Of a DNA stretch of 64,000 nt, positions 47,177 through 60,691 are shown piece by piece. The translations under genes were made by a program, and so were the position numbers. Within the stretch, counting starts at the first letter, position 1; each line of letters begins with the position of its first letter. The stretch is from contig NC_081360.1 in NCBI RefSeq assembly GCF_030684315.1, positions 4,116,098-4,180,097 of the forward strand, written 5' to 3'. The notes beneath the pieces were generated by a model that saw only the letters and a program-made list of their open reading frames with translations, had not been told where the DNA came from and made no database searches. This DNA is from Stegostoma tigrinum (lineage: Eukaryota).

Positions 47177-48570
47177 AGGAAGGAATCAATTATGTTTGAA
47201 TGAATATTTCTTCTGATTTAATTTCATCAAACTCCTGCTCTTTCATATTTCACAATTTGACGTTCGATTGACGTTAGAATAGTAAAGATGATCATCCATC
47301 CATGTGGAATAAAACACAATGCACATCTCAAGCAGAAACAGTCTTGGCTTACTGATGCATTAACTGGCCAGAAGTCCAATACATTCTCCATTGCACCACA
47401 GAGCCGTGCACAACAAAGCCTAATTGCTCATTAGAGCACAGCAAGCAGCCCTTTGCCCATTGCTTTTGCACTTTTTAATCGTCTATTCTCAACCCACGTT
47501 CCAGCACTTGACTTTTCCCTTGAGTGCTCTCGCACCTCAATTGATTATCTTCAAACTCAAGAAATATTCTCTTGGTTGACAGCATTACCACACAGTCAGC
47601 AGTGAGGTCAGATTCCACACTTTGTTTAAAAAGTACTCCATTGATTGTAACTTTCAGAATCTTTTGTGTTTGTGTGACAACTCTCGGCATGGAAACTTTC
47701 ATTTCCTTTTCGAGAAATTCTGTCCAAAGTAGAATTGTCCCTACTCCTCTCTTTCCGACTCTCCTGCACATAGGTCTAATAATCAGGAGTTCCAGTCTGT
47801 CTGCCACAGTGCGGGTCAGAACCCATTTTCTGTTCCAGTTAAAGACCTCTGCAGGACACAAAAACACAAGTGTGACTGCTGGAATTTTCAAATAAAAACA
47901 GAGTGCTCGGCTGACTAAGGCTCCGCAGTCTCTGGGGCAACAGTTTCCAACGTTTCACCCCACTCTGAGTCCGTTGTTTGGCAAGTATTCCTGTTGTGAG
48001 AAATATACATTTCCGTATACCTACTCCTGGCATGCCCTCTGGCACTGCATTCATTTCCCCTATCTACACATGCTGCTGAGAAGACCCGAGTTTTGAAAAT
48101 GCAAAAAGGCAGAGTCTGCTTGTTGGATTTCTTGGGCAATGAGCAATAAGTTTGAAATGGACACAGAATCTTGTTAAATACGATCAAATTTTCAGGCACC
48201 AGATAAAAACAGGAATTGCATCTCCAGGAGAATTGTTTACTTCCTAATTATTATGGTATAACGTTACTTTCCAATTGGAAAAATAAAGCTCTGTTCTATT
48301 GATTCGCGGATAAGCATGTACCACACATTTTAAAACCATTTCATTGAAGATAATGAAGATAGTTCACTACAAAGTAAAAACAGAAACCCATGAGGTGGAA
48401 AGAGAATGAAAATAGTTCAGGTGTTTTGATTGTAATAACATAGACCACACAAAGTCATAGCATTGGTGGTTTTAAAATAAGCACTGTGGAGATGGATGTA
48501 GGGAAACAAGATAAACGATTTTGTTGAATTAGTAAAGGAAAGCACAGCTAAAAATCTGCACCTGAATATA

Positions 48571-49081
48571 TGTGATCAGTTATTGGTTGAGAAGAAAGTG
48601 CCAGATCTCCTTAAACAATATACTTGCAAGGGTATTGTTTGCTCACGTACCCAGAACAGCGGGTAAAAAAATTACTATTTTAAGAGATATGGGAGCATGC
48701 TGAATGGGTGTGGCCAGCTCTCACAGGATAGTCTTTCTAATTTATCTTGCAATCAGACGGACTCTGTACGAATCTGTGTCTGAATTTGGCATTTTGCCAA
48801 GGGGTGTGTTTATGGGTTGTAACTATATCAGAACAGTTAATTAGCAATAGGCACTACAACGATTATTCATTTAAGTTTTCAACAGTTAAGTTATTCTAAA
48901 TTCCACTTTCTGTTGTTTGCATTTTAGCTATAGTGTTTACATTAATTGTGTTCTGCCCAATGTCGAGTAGTTACATCAGCCACATCAAATGTACTCCCCA
49001 TTTACCTTTAAAATAAGAAAATGTTAAGGTCCAAGCTACCTTATTAAAATATTTTGAAAGGGTCTGGCCTGGTCCGTAACA
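48571..49081 (+). mobile_element. Gypsy-type solo LTR remnant
   Basis: Ends ...ggcctggtccgtaacA. Its 3' part resembles 7200-7417. Confidence 0.6.
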
Positions 49082-49431
49082 CAAGGATAGAGTGACTTAA
49101 AACCGCCTTCGGAGCTTCCCCTTCCTTGAGAACTAAGACTTGGGGCCGATCCTGTCCCTGTCAAACTCAGCTTGTTCAACAAAAAGACAAGCGAAATATA
49201 GTTAGTGCTGCTGCCTCGCACTTTTTAATGAAGATTTTTATTAATTACAAATTGAAGTTACAGGTACAGGTTGTGGAATCATGCCTTTTCTCACTGCCCT
49301 TGTAACCTGTTTAATAAGATTGGACAACCAGCATCACCAAAGTCTGTTACCATGGCGACAGGCAGCTTCATCGCCGAAACTTATGAACTGAAATGAGAAA
49401 GCATCCAGGATGGATTAACAGGATGGATTGA

Positions 49432-50285
49432 TTAATAAGTACATGTGATTGATTGATGAACTTGTGTAAAGGGATATTTCAGCACATTCTTCAGCTGCTG
49501 CCTGAACTTAGTCTGAGTCACCGCATAAATTGAGGTGTTTGTGCAGCGAATGAGGAGCTGCATGATGAAGACCAATTCCGCCACATAGTCATCCAGATAG
49601 ACAGAATCATATCCAATCCACCACATCCTGTTCCATACCGAAAACACCATTAACACTGATCACAACAGGATGAAATTGGCTGAGATCACAAACAGTAAAA
49701 TGATGGATTTTTTTGGACTTTGCATTTCTGTGTCACACTGAACGTCCTCATTAGTGTGAGTCCAGAGTCTCCTGCGAACTCTGCTGGCCACTAAAATGTG
49801 TCTGACAGTGAAAACATTGAGTAGCAGAATCAGGGGAAATGAGACAGTCGGCATTAAAATGTTGTGGAGGAATTCGGTTATGAACAGACCACGAGAGAAA
49901 CGAACTATGGACGCTACACTACAAAACCAGGGGACGTTCCCCCTTCAATACCGACCTGTGAGCACGAAGTACCAGAAAATGTTCTTTAAACAGCTCAGCA
50001 CAGTCACTATTTCCACAACCACATCTGCCATTTTCTGAGTGCAATATTTAGTTTTCAGCTTCTGGCAACAAATGTCCACAAACCGATCGACAGTGAACCA
50101 GACAGAACAATGAGTGGCTGCATAAAACAGAATGGCATGGATATTGCACACTGGGATGGACATCCGGAAATAAAACTGTTCCCGATATCAAGTCCAGAAT
50201 AATGACCAGTAGATTTGCCAATACCATAGCCACCAGGTAACGACTGACACATAAAGACAATCCACAATGTTTATAAAGTAGAATG
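49432..50285 (-). pseudogene. GPR139/GPR142-like GPCR pseudogene, exon 2
   Basis: 'ILLYKHCGLSLCVSRYLVAMVLANLLVIILDLI', 'IPVCNIHAILFYAATHCSVWFTV-DRFVDICCQKLKTKYC', 'FPLILLLNVFTVRH..KKSIILLF', 'CTNTSIYAVTQTKFRQQLKNVLKYPF'. Several frameshifts, stops and deletions. Confidence 0.92.
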
Positions 50286-50427
50286 TATCAGAGAGCTCTC
50301 TGATGAAGGGTCTAGGACCGAAACGTCAGCATTTGTGCTCCTGAGATGCTGCTTGGCCTGCTGTGTTCATCCAGCTTCACACTTTGTGATCTTAGATTCT
50401 CCTGCGTCTGCAGTTCTCATTATCTCT
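50286..50427 (+). mobile_element. PLE terminal fragment inserted at the GPCR exon-2 5' end
   Basis: Perfect 18-bp palindrome atcagagagctctctgat (50287-50304), a hammerhead-like core CTGATGA..GAAACGTC (50300-50327), then the PLE tail. Confidence 0.88.
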
Positions 50428-50819
50428 CGTCGAAACCGTTGCTGTCCTGAAGGATTCTCTGCAAGTTCCTTGATGACAAACGGTGGTTGGAAATTTTGGT
50501 CTTTTAGTCTGAACTAGGATTTATTCTTTACAATTAAGGCATGTGAACACAGGGAAAATGCATTGACCCTCTCACAACTTTAAAATGGTGCCTCCTTCTC
50601 CGTGGAACAGGATCTCTTCTCTCAGAGTCTTATCTTTTCTTGAATTAGCTGACGTCCAGCCATTCAAAATGTCAGTTATAGGATGATCCAGAGAATACTG
50701 TTTGTAGAATGATCTGGAAAGTGCCATTTTCAGAATTGTCTGGATGATGTTTACTGAATAAATAAGGACCAAGACCAGAAAAAGCTCAGCCGTCCCAGAA
50801 CTTAATTTCCCTGGGCAGG

Positions 50820-53800
50820 AGACTTTAAAACATAAGGGCATCAGTTTGAGTTGAGATAGGAAAGGTTAAAAAGGGGCAACTTTTTCAAGCAGAGAATAGT
50901 GTATGTATGGAATGAGCGACCAGAAGAAATAGTGAAAACTGATAAAATTACAACATTTAAGAAGTGTCTGATGGGTACATGAATATGAGGGTGGAGAAGG
51001 ATATGGCCAAATGCTAGAAAATGGAAGTCAATTAATTTTGAGACATCTGGTCAGCATGGATCTTTACACATGCATACTTAACACAGACCAATTAAAAAAA
51101 TACATTTATTTCATAGTTATCGATGTCCAATCTCAATTCGTAATTCTGGTTATTTTGCTTGTCTCACCTTACTTCATTCAGCTGAATATAGCAGCAAAAC
51201 ACTTCTCTAATTATGAAATCAGTTTCTAGCAGAGAACTTTTTATTCTCAGCCATTATCTTGAAATTATCTGTCTTGTAGATTCTTCATTGTTATCAAAGC
51301 TTCTATTATCCTTTGTATTTGACTATCTCTGTATATAGCAGCTTCGTATTCTCCCTCTCAGTTGGCTGGGCAGTTGGTTTGTAACGCGGGGGAGGCTAAC
51401 AGTGCAGACTCAATTCCCACAGTGACAGAGGTTAACATGAATTTTCCACTTTCTTGCTCCTTGCCTGAGATGTCATGACTCTCAGATTAAACCACCATGC
51501 ATGGCCTCAGTCTCTTGATATAGCAGTCCCATGGTCCTCTGGGACTGCAGCAACTTTATTCCATCACTGTTGGGATTCTACATTTTCGCTATATTATAAA
51601 TTATTTATTCATCGTATTCCTGGCTGTTCCGGTCATCTGCAGTTTCATTTTATACCACTATCACCATTTTCCGCCACATTGCATATTCCTGCGCATTCCA
51701 TGATAATCCTTGATATTGTTGTTATTGATGAATCTCTCAATCAGTGACTTAAAAATATTCAATATCTTTGCCTCAAATGCTCTCTGGGAAAAAAGAGTTC
51801 CAAAGATTCAAAACGCTCTGAGAAAAGGTAGTAAATTTCCTCATCTTTGTAAGAGATTGAAGAAGACTTTAAATGAAAAAGACACAAATTGTGCCTGCTA
51901 GCTATGCTTTCAATCAACTTTGTAGAAAGGACATTTTGCTGCAGATGTAAACTGTCTTTTGAGAACATATCCAGAGGAATCGGTATGATTTTTTTGTTGT
52001 CTGACCTGAGAAGGGACATAATTACATTGGAAGAAATTCAGATATGTTTCACTTTCCACATTCCTGAAATGAAGGGTTTACTTTATGAAGGTTTAATAGA
52101 TTACCCTGGGAATGAGAGGTGATGAATCATGCAAGATCTTGAGGAGAGTGAATCAGGTGGATACTTGATTGGTGTTTGTATAGTCCAAACTTCTTGTAAT
52201 TGCACTTTGCACCATTGTATAAAGAAGCTTGTTTTGGTCATAAACCAACTGTTTGTTCCTGACTGAGGAATTCTGGCTGACTTGTTCCCATGACTGCACC
52301 TGACCTAGTCTGCAGCCTACATCATTGACAGTATCATTGACCTCATTCCATTCAAAATCTGTTGTGAATAGTGGAGGAGTGGTACTAACAAAGGAAATAT
52401 TGGCCCCTCCTACATTGGTCAGAACAGAGATGACGGGGAATTTACAAAGTTTAATTTCATTCAAGTGGCAATTCTCTTTTCCAGTGTTTGTCATAGCTGG
52501 ATCTTTAAATTATGTTGAGCTTGACTTACTTTGATTTTTGATAGGCTGGTGAATTAGGGATAATGTGGTATTGACAGAAAAGTGTATCTGAGACCTCAAT
52601 GAGATGAACCACAAACTTATTTACCAGTAGAGTAGTGTTGAATGGTCGAAATGACAACTTGTACTCTCAGTCCTTTGTTCTGATGTTCCATTTAGCCCTC
52701 TTGACTGCTACATAGGAGCAGACGAAGGCCACTTCAATGGGTAGGTATAGGTTGGAAACTACATTAGAAAATTACAAGCTGGGTCAAAAATTGACCCTTC
52801 TCCTCCCCCCTCAAACCCACTTTCCAGGTTTCCCCTTTCTGAAACTTCCACTCCAGGTGTTGACCATGCTGCAGATGCAGATTCATGAATATAGCCCTTG
52901 CGCCTCACCCAAGGTTAGTTCAAGCAAATTCTCTGGGCTCCCTGAATGCAACATTGCACAACATGACTTTCAGAGAAATAACCAGTTTCTTTCCAGAACA
53001 TGGGGAATAGGAACATGAAGAGGCTATTCAGCCCATCAAATCTGTCTGTCATTCAGTAAGAACATGACTGATCTTTTCCTGGGTTCAGCTCCATTTTTAT
53101 GCCAATTCCATGCATCTCTCAATTTGCCAATGTGTCAAAAATCCTTTAATTTCATCTGTAAATACTTTCAGTGATCTCGCCTCCACAATCTTATGGGTTG
53201 GGGAATTTCAGACGTCCACTATCTTCTCAGAGAAGAAATTTATTTTTGCCTCAGTTTTAAATCAATGTCTCTTGTGCCTTCGTTCAAGACTCCACCCAAG
53301 GCATCTCAACATTTACCCTGTCAAGCCCCCTCTATATCTTGCATTTTTGCACGAATATCACCTCTCATTCATTTCAACAGCAATGAATACGTACCTAACC
53401 ATTTTAGACACTCTTGATAATCAACACATTCATCACAGGAATCTAACTAATGTATTTGCTGCACCAGTGTGCTAATTTTTTTGTTTCATGCACAGAAACA
53501 CCCGAAAGCCTTTGTACTGCACTTTTTTGAGTCCACTCCATTAAATTATAACCTGTCTTTAGGCTCTCAGTCCCAAAGTGCATGACCTCGTACTTATTCT
53601 TATAATAAACTCTATCTGCAAATTATTTGCCCATAACTGACCTTATCTATATGCCTTTCAGATTCCTTACATCCCTACTGCAATGTGCCCTCCCACTTAT
53701 GTTCGTATCAACCACAAACTGGGATACATATTGCGCTCGGCCTCCGCCTTCAGGCCATCAGCATAGATTGAAATAACTGATGCCATTTTACTGATATTTG

Positions 53801-54190
53801 TGACACTCCAGTAGATTCATCGTATTAATCTGAAAAAAGAACCATTACTCCCGACTGTCCATCTTCCATGTGTTAAATAACCCTCATTATTTATAAGACA
53901 GATAACTAATCCATTATCTGTCATACTATGAGCTCCTATCTTGTGTAGGAATCTTTATTTTGTGGGACCTTGTAGAAAAACACTGGAAAGTCTCTTGTCT
54001 ACCAGTTCCCTGTTACTTCTTTTGCTTTTTACAATCTCAGAGAATTCCAGCAAATCTTTACATGATTTTACAGACCAAAACATAATTCCCATTTCACAAA
54101 ATCATGATGACTCTGATTGAGTTAAGCTTTGCCAAATGTCTTGCAATTCCTTCCATTATAAAGGACTCTAGCAGGTTCCCAGGAGACAGG
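50820..54190. mobile_element. Mosaic of decayed CR1 fragments, both strands
   Basis: CR1 3'-end and RT-like stretches at ~50820-51060, 51970-52680 and 53000-54190. Confidence 0.55.
51350..51562 (+). mobile_element. Old tRNA-derived SINE remnant
   Basis: ctcagttggctgg head, tcaattcc B-box remnant, ...tggtcctctgggactg tail. Confidence 0.55.
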
Positions 54191-54479
54191 CACCACACTG
54201 GAGGTTCTCTAGTTTTGCTAGAACACTCTTGCAATCTAAAGAGTCATGGAAGATTTCAAATAATGCCACCAGTCACTTTACTTTGCAACACTTTAAAAAA
54301 AAACGTTTATAAAGCTCGTCTAGATTCACAACGGTTTAAACCACATATAAGACAAGACTAGTCTATTTAGATACTTGGTTCTTTTCAATCATTCAGGGGA
54401 ATATTCTGTTTGTGGCTGAACACATGAGCAGCTGAGAGTCTCTCTCTCCTTTCAGTTTTACTGCCTCTGTCATTTCAAT

Positions 54480-55390
54480 TTGATGATGTCACATTCTAGT
54501 TGTAAGCTGATCTCCTTTTCCCTCAAACCAGAAATCCCACCAACTCTAGTGAACAGGCCCTTCGGCTGTGACAGAACCATCACACGAGTTTCTGCCTTCA
54601 CCTTTCCCCCCCTTTCCAGAAGAATGTTCAAGATCTCCTTGTCCTCACTTTCTACTGCACTAGAAGCATCCTCCACCACTTCCACCACCTTCAACAGGAC
54701 AGCACCCTCCCGACCACAGTCTGCATTTCACAGGGACTGTTCCTTCTGTGACACCGTCTATCACCCTGAAAATTTCCCACACCCCTCTTGCTTCTGCCCA
54801 TGGAATTGTAGAAGCTGCAACACTTGCCCATACACCTCCTCCCTCCTCAACGTCTACTGCCCTAAACACAGCTTCCAGGAGCATTTCTACTGTACCACTG
54901 TCATTACTGCTCAAAGTGCAGTCTCCTTTACATTGGCACAACCAAACAGAGATTGCTTTAAGGAATAAGTCCAGTCTGCCTGTAGGAATAACCCTGACTT
55001 TCTTTATCGCTGATCTCCATTTTACATACATTCTCTCTCCTGTCTCCCTATGACCTCGTCTTATTTGTGTCTTGTTTATCTCACACTCAGGAGACGGAAC
55101 CCATTTCCCCCAGTCAGGACTTAATTTACATCTACTTTATATTGTTTTCTCTTCCGCCACATTTAAAAGCCTGTTTGTCTTTTTCACAGCAGTTGCACTC
55201 ACTTTGTTGCCTGTCACCCCCCCTTCACCTCTGTGAAGCTTTTTTTTTAAAAATCCAAACCTTTTTGGATTGACATTTGGCAAAGCTTTGGCAAAGCTTC
55301 TGAAGAAGTTTGATGCTGAATTTGAAACGTCAACTCTGTTTCTCTGTCTGCCCAAATTCTACTAGACCTGCTGATTGTTTCCAGAAAGTA
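54480..55390 (+). mobile_element. Old Penelope-like element remnant
   Basis: 'SAFHRDCSFCD...CRSCNTCPYTS', homologous to the PLE ORF at 12523-13233. Terminal repeat remnant at ~55300-55385. Confidence 0.7.
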
Positions 55391-57063
55391 ATAGGCTCAG
55401 AACAAATCTTCAATGACACAAAGAACTGTGGTTACTGGACAACTGAAAAAAAAAACAAAAATTGCTGGAGAAATTGGGATGTTTGACAAAGGGTCACTGG
55501 AACCGTAACAATAAGCTTGCATGTCACAAAGTCTGCCTGAGTTTGGCTTCTTCAGCAATTTCTGTTTCTGAACAAGTTTCAAAGACTTGTATCAAAGTGT
55601 CTCAAAGGCTGTGTTCGACATTGAGAGGCATGCACCAGGAAGTGAACGATACTGCAAGATGCACACATGGATTGGTTCTGAAAATACAAAACACTTCCAT
55701 CACTGACACAACCGAGCTATTAGTCATGGCCAGGGAGAGAAACAGGAGGAAACACATTCACTTTAAATACAGAAAGTAACACCAGTTGAAGGGAAAAGAA
55801 GTCTCTGATGAATATGTTAAAGGATTTTGGGGAATGTGACAAATTGGAGGCGTGACACCATGGAGAGACCCTCAGAATAATAAGAATATTAAAATGGAAG
55901 TGCACAACACTGGAAACCAGAATAGGTCACTGCATACAAGGATAATGGACAAATGGGCCTCAATGTGAATATGGGAATGAGCAGAAAAATGGTTTTGTAG
56001 ACACTGCACCTGAGAACTGGGTGTTCATGTGATGCTGTGGAAGCAGAATTGTATTCAAACACAATCTGTAACTTTTTGCCCAAGGTAATCCCTTGGTCTA
56101 TCACTACCACCAAGCCAGTCTATGGTTCAGTGACGACTGCAGGTGAACATCCTAGGGTCAAAACCACGTGTACCTAAAAATGATGACAACCCATTAAAGC
56201 TACCAACCTTGTCTGCTTGCATTTGAAACAGCAGAACTAACATCTGATAGAAAGGGTGAAATGATCCCAAGACCAGCAGATCAGATCTAAGCTCTCCAGT
56301 CCTGCCACATCCAGTCATAAATTGATATAGATTATTAAATAACTCACTGGAGGAGAGGGGTCCACAAATATCCTCATTCTGAATAATGGAACAGCCCTGT
56401 ACATCGGTGCAAAGGACAGGGATGTATTATCCTCAACATCCTCGGCCAGAAATGCTGAGTTGATGATCGACATCACCCTCGCCATGATGTCCACAGAACC
56501 ACAGATGCCAGTCTTCAATGAATTAAATTTGCTGCAGGGGACATCAAGAAATAGCCGAACACAGCAGATACAACAAAGGCAATGGGCTTTGACACCACAC
56601 CTACAATAGGACTGAGAAGTTGTTTTGCACAACAATTTGTGTACCTGGGAATATTGTTTCAATACATCTCCAACTCTGGCATCCACTGTACCTGGCAATA
56701 TGGAAAGTTGCTCCACTATGTCCCTAATATGAGAATAATTATAATCTGACCAATTGCCAAGGTCTCAGTCTCATCAGGATAGTCAAATTGGTAGAAGGTT
56801 TTCTGACAGAGTTGTCAAGCAGCACAGAAATAATCTGCTCTGAGCTGTTTCTGATAGGCCCCAGTATGGCTGTGATGTTGTTGTGGAAGTGTCATTCAAT
56901 TGCTTGTCTAGACGAGGTAATGGCCTGGCAGCAGGTAAAAGTTAAAAAAAAAACTGTGATTGAAAGCTTGCTGTTAGTGAACATGAAGCCATATCGATTG
57001 TAAACAACATTTTATTTCATCCATGTACATTCAGAAAGCAAATTGCCCGTCCTTTCTGGTTGT

Positions 57064-57228
57064 NNNNNNNNNNNNNNNNNNNNNNNNNNNNNNNNNNNNN
57101 NNNNNNNNNNNNNNNNNNNNNNNNNNNNNNNNNNNNNNNNNNNNNNNNNNNNNNNNNNNNNNNNNNNNNNNNNNNNNNNNNNNNNNNNNNNNNNNNNNNN
57201 NNNNNNNNNNNNNNNNNNNNNNNNNNNN
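57064..57228. other. Assembly gap (165 N)
   Basis: Run of n. Confidence 1.
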
Positions 57229-58123
57229 TGTAAAATGGTCAAGCAAAACAATAAATTGCGTCAAACTGCCCCAAGGTCTTGAGGGATAAAACTGGACAGA
57301 ACACCTGACAGTAGCATGTGATTTGGAAAAGGGCACAGGATACATATTAGTGATGACTCTGATGAGGCCTCCTTCATAACATCTGAGAGTTTGTGGTAAT
57401 ATGTACTTTCTCATACAGTGCGCAGAAATATTAGGAAAGGAATAAACCATTCAACCCATTGAGCCTCCGCCCATAATAGTTCATGTGTAAACATCTCTTC
57501 AGTGCAGCTTCTCCACATAACGCACAGGTCCTTTAATGTGATTGACCATGGGAAAAAAAAATAAAATAAGAATTGCAGTAGCCCCTTCAGTCCATTGATT
57601 TTTCTTGCTTATTAAATATGATGATGGCTGATTCTCTATCTCCACACCATACTTCGGCTCTCTCCAATTCTTTTAGTATTTTTAGTGTCTAGTAATCCTT
57701 ATTTAAAATCATTGTCTTGAATTCCACAGTCTTATATGGTAGAGAATTTCCCAGGTTTACCAGCCTCTGAATGCAGACATGAATTCTCATCTCAGTGGAG
57801 AGTGGTTTGCTTGGATCTACTACTGTGGCCCTTTGTTTATCATCTTTGAATTATCATCTATGTTTGCAAACTGGCTCATCCTGTTAGTTTTATTTGTGCT
57901 ACTGAGATCTCCACTCATTTTCTTAAACTCCATAGTATACAGGCCCAGCCGATCCAAAATCCGCTCACACAGCAAGCCTGTCTTCATAGAGATCAGTCTG
58001 ATAATTCCTTGCTGCACTCCCTGAATGTTAGGTTTGTCCTTTATTAGGCAAGGCAACCGAAACTGCACACAACCCTGCACGATGTTCTAGATGAGGTGCA
58101 TTTAAGGCCCTGCACAGCTGTTG

Positions 58124-58443
58124 TAGGGCGACACAGTGGCTCAGTGGTTAATACTGCAGCCTCACAGCACCAGGGACCTAGGTTCAATTCCCACCTCAGG
58201 CGACTGTCTGTGTGGAGTTTGCACATTCTCCCCATGTCTGCATGGGTTTCCTCCGGGTGTTCTGGTTTCCTCGCACAGTCCAAAGAAGTGCAGGCTACGA
58301 GGAGTGGCCATGAGAAATTGCCTGTAGTGTTCAGGGATGTGTGGGTTATAGGGGAGTGGGTCTGGGTGGGATGCTATAAGGGGCGGTGTGGACTTGTTGG
58401 GCCAAAGGACCTGTTTCCACACTGTAGGTAATCTAAACTAATC
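58124..58443 (+). mobile_element. HE1 SINE
   Basis: Full-length copy. Confidence 0.95.
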
Positions 58444-60005
58444 AAACTGACTCCTGTATTCAAATCTCCTTTATGAAGACCGACATGTTATTTCTTTTCT
58501 GAACTGTTTTCTGCTACTGCAATGTTGATTTCAGTGACTGGCGTACAAGGATATCCAGATCCTTTACAACGTTACTGCCACCCACTTGTCAGTGTCAATG
58601 TATCAGTGTGTCAATGCCTTACCCAGAATTAACTTCAGATTTCAGAAGCCACTGTCCTGCATGGACCGCAGAGGACTGCACAGGAGAAAACAAATAAAGT
58701 GGAGCATAAGTCCCTTTTCATGGATCAACATTTTTCAATCAATTCCTTTTAAATGGTGGGCTGCCATTCTACTTTACCACCAAAGTACTGTACATCACAC
58801 GTGTCCACACTGCTCTTCATCGGCAATGTAGTTACCATTCACTCTAATTATTTCTGTCACCTTGGAGCTTTTGTACATTCTCATCATCACTCACAATCCT
58901 ACATAACTTTGTACCATTAACAGAATTGAAAATATTGTATTCAAATCCGTGAACTAAATTTTCCATCTCCATTATGAATAGCTGGGACCCAAGAACTAAA
59001 AGCTGCAATACCCCATGAGTCTTCCACTCCAAAAAAAAGAACCATTTTATTCCTAATCACTGTTCCTGGTCATCTCTCCCATTTTAAAGCCAAGTCCATA
59101 TGTTGTCCTAATTCCACAATTTGATTTTGCACACTAGACTAAGAGCTTTATCAACAATCTTTCTGAAAATCCAAATCCATTGCCTCCATTGTTACTCCAT
59201 AATTTATCTACCAGTTAGCTTCTCAAATATGATCCTCATTTCGTAAATCTATTGACTTTGTATGTGCCCATTACTGTCAGTCCCAATAACTTCTCTGAAA
59301 CCATTCATTTACTAATTTCATTCTATTTCCTATTTCTCGCCAGACTTAGATTTCCTAGTATTGCTGGGGAGATTTCATTTTCATTTTGTTTCCATCTGTG
59401 AAAGCAGAACTAAAGTTGTTACTTAATAGTTCTGCTGTTTCTGTGTTCTCCATTCTCTAGTTTCAGATGGTAAAGAAGCTGAAGTTGTTTTGTCTTACTT
59501 TTAACATTGGCATACATTTTTACAGTTCACTCATATAACCCTTGTTGATATACTCATCAGAATCTCATCAATTGCCACCTTCAATTGCTCGACGATTCAC
59601 TGCCCTCCATCATACAACCATAGAAGCATAGTCTTTGCACCATCAGAAATCCAACACGATCTACATGTGTCCTATTTTCGGACTCAAGGTCTGTACCTGT
59701 GAATGTTATAAAACTTTAGTGTTAGTCTAAGTACCTTTTAATGGTTACTCGGTTATCCATGACAACTAACCTCTCAGAAAGTGCATTCCAGATTCCCAAC
59801 ACACTTTGGGTGAAAAACAATCCTCAATTTTTTTTCTAAACTTCAAACCCTTCATGTAAAAAGTGTGCTCCCTTGTTTTTTTTGCCCTTTGACTAAAAGA
59901 AAGAGCCTACTTACACATACCCTGTCCATATCGCTTGTATTCTTACGATTCTGAATTACGTCACCCCTCAGCCTCATCTGCTCCAAAGTAAACTACCTGA
60001 GGTTA

Positions 60006-60212
60006 AAATTGTATCAGAGATAATGGGAACTGCAGATGCTGGAGAGTCCAAGATAATAAAGTGTGAAGCTGGATGAACACAGCAGGCCAAGCAGCATCTC
60101 AGGAGCACAAAAGCTGACGTTTCGGCCCTGAAGGGTCTAGGACCAAAACGTCAGCTTTTGTGCTCCTGAGATGCTGCTTGACCTGCTGTGTTCATCCAGC
60201 TTCACACTTTAT
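60006..60212. mobile_element. Fold-back PLE-derived mini-element with 12-bp TSD
   Basis: Near-perfect ~70-bp inverted arms. tacctgaggtta is duplicated at 59994-60005 and 60213-60224 inside a CR1. Confidence 0.9.
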
Positions 60213-60691
60213 TACCTGAGGTTATCCAGCCTCTCTTCATAGCTGATATGCTTCATCCCATGAAATGTACTGGTGAATTTCCATTGCTCCCGTAAGCACA
60301 ATCACATCCTTCCTGTAATGTGGCACCCAGAGTGCGCACGTATTCAATATTGTCCTAATTAACGTGCATAACTCTTATAATCTATGCCTCAATGAATAAA
60401 GGCTATGCCTGTGGTCCATTACGCTTTCTTAAGTAGCCTATTAACCTGCCTAGTCAAATTCCAGGATCTGTACAGAAGCACCCTCTGAGCTTCCAGGTGT
60501 GATCCCATTCACAGAGCACTCCCCTGTCTGGTTCTTTCTTCCAAAGTGCATCAGCTCATATTTATCAAGGTTACATTCCATCTGCCATAGTCTGCCCTAT
60601 TGACCATTCCATCAGTAGCTTCCTTAACATCTGATCTTCCTCCATAGTACCAGTCACCTGTCCCATCTTTGTGTCACACACAAACTTACTT

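Larger units (their letters stand above)
57420..60690 (-). mobile_element. Decayed CR1 LINE fragments
   Basis: Minus 'LGLYTMEFKKMSGDL', 'VLGSQLFI' and CR1 3' tails. Confidence 0.65.

Noticed and set aside
57012-57450. ORFs spanning the N run
   Set aside because: Artefacts of the assembly gap.
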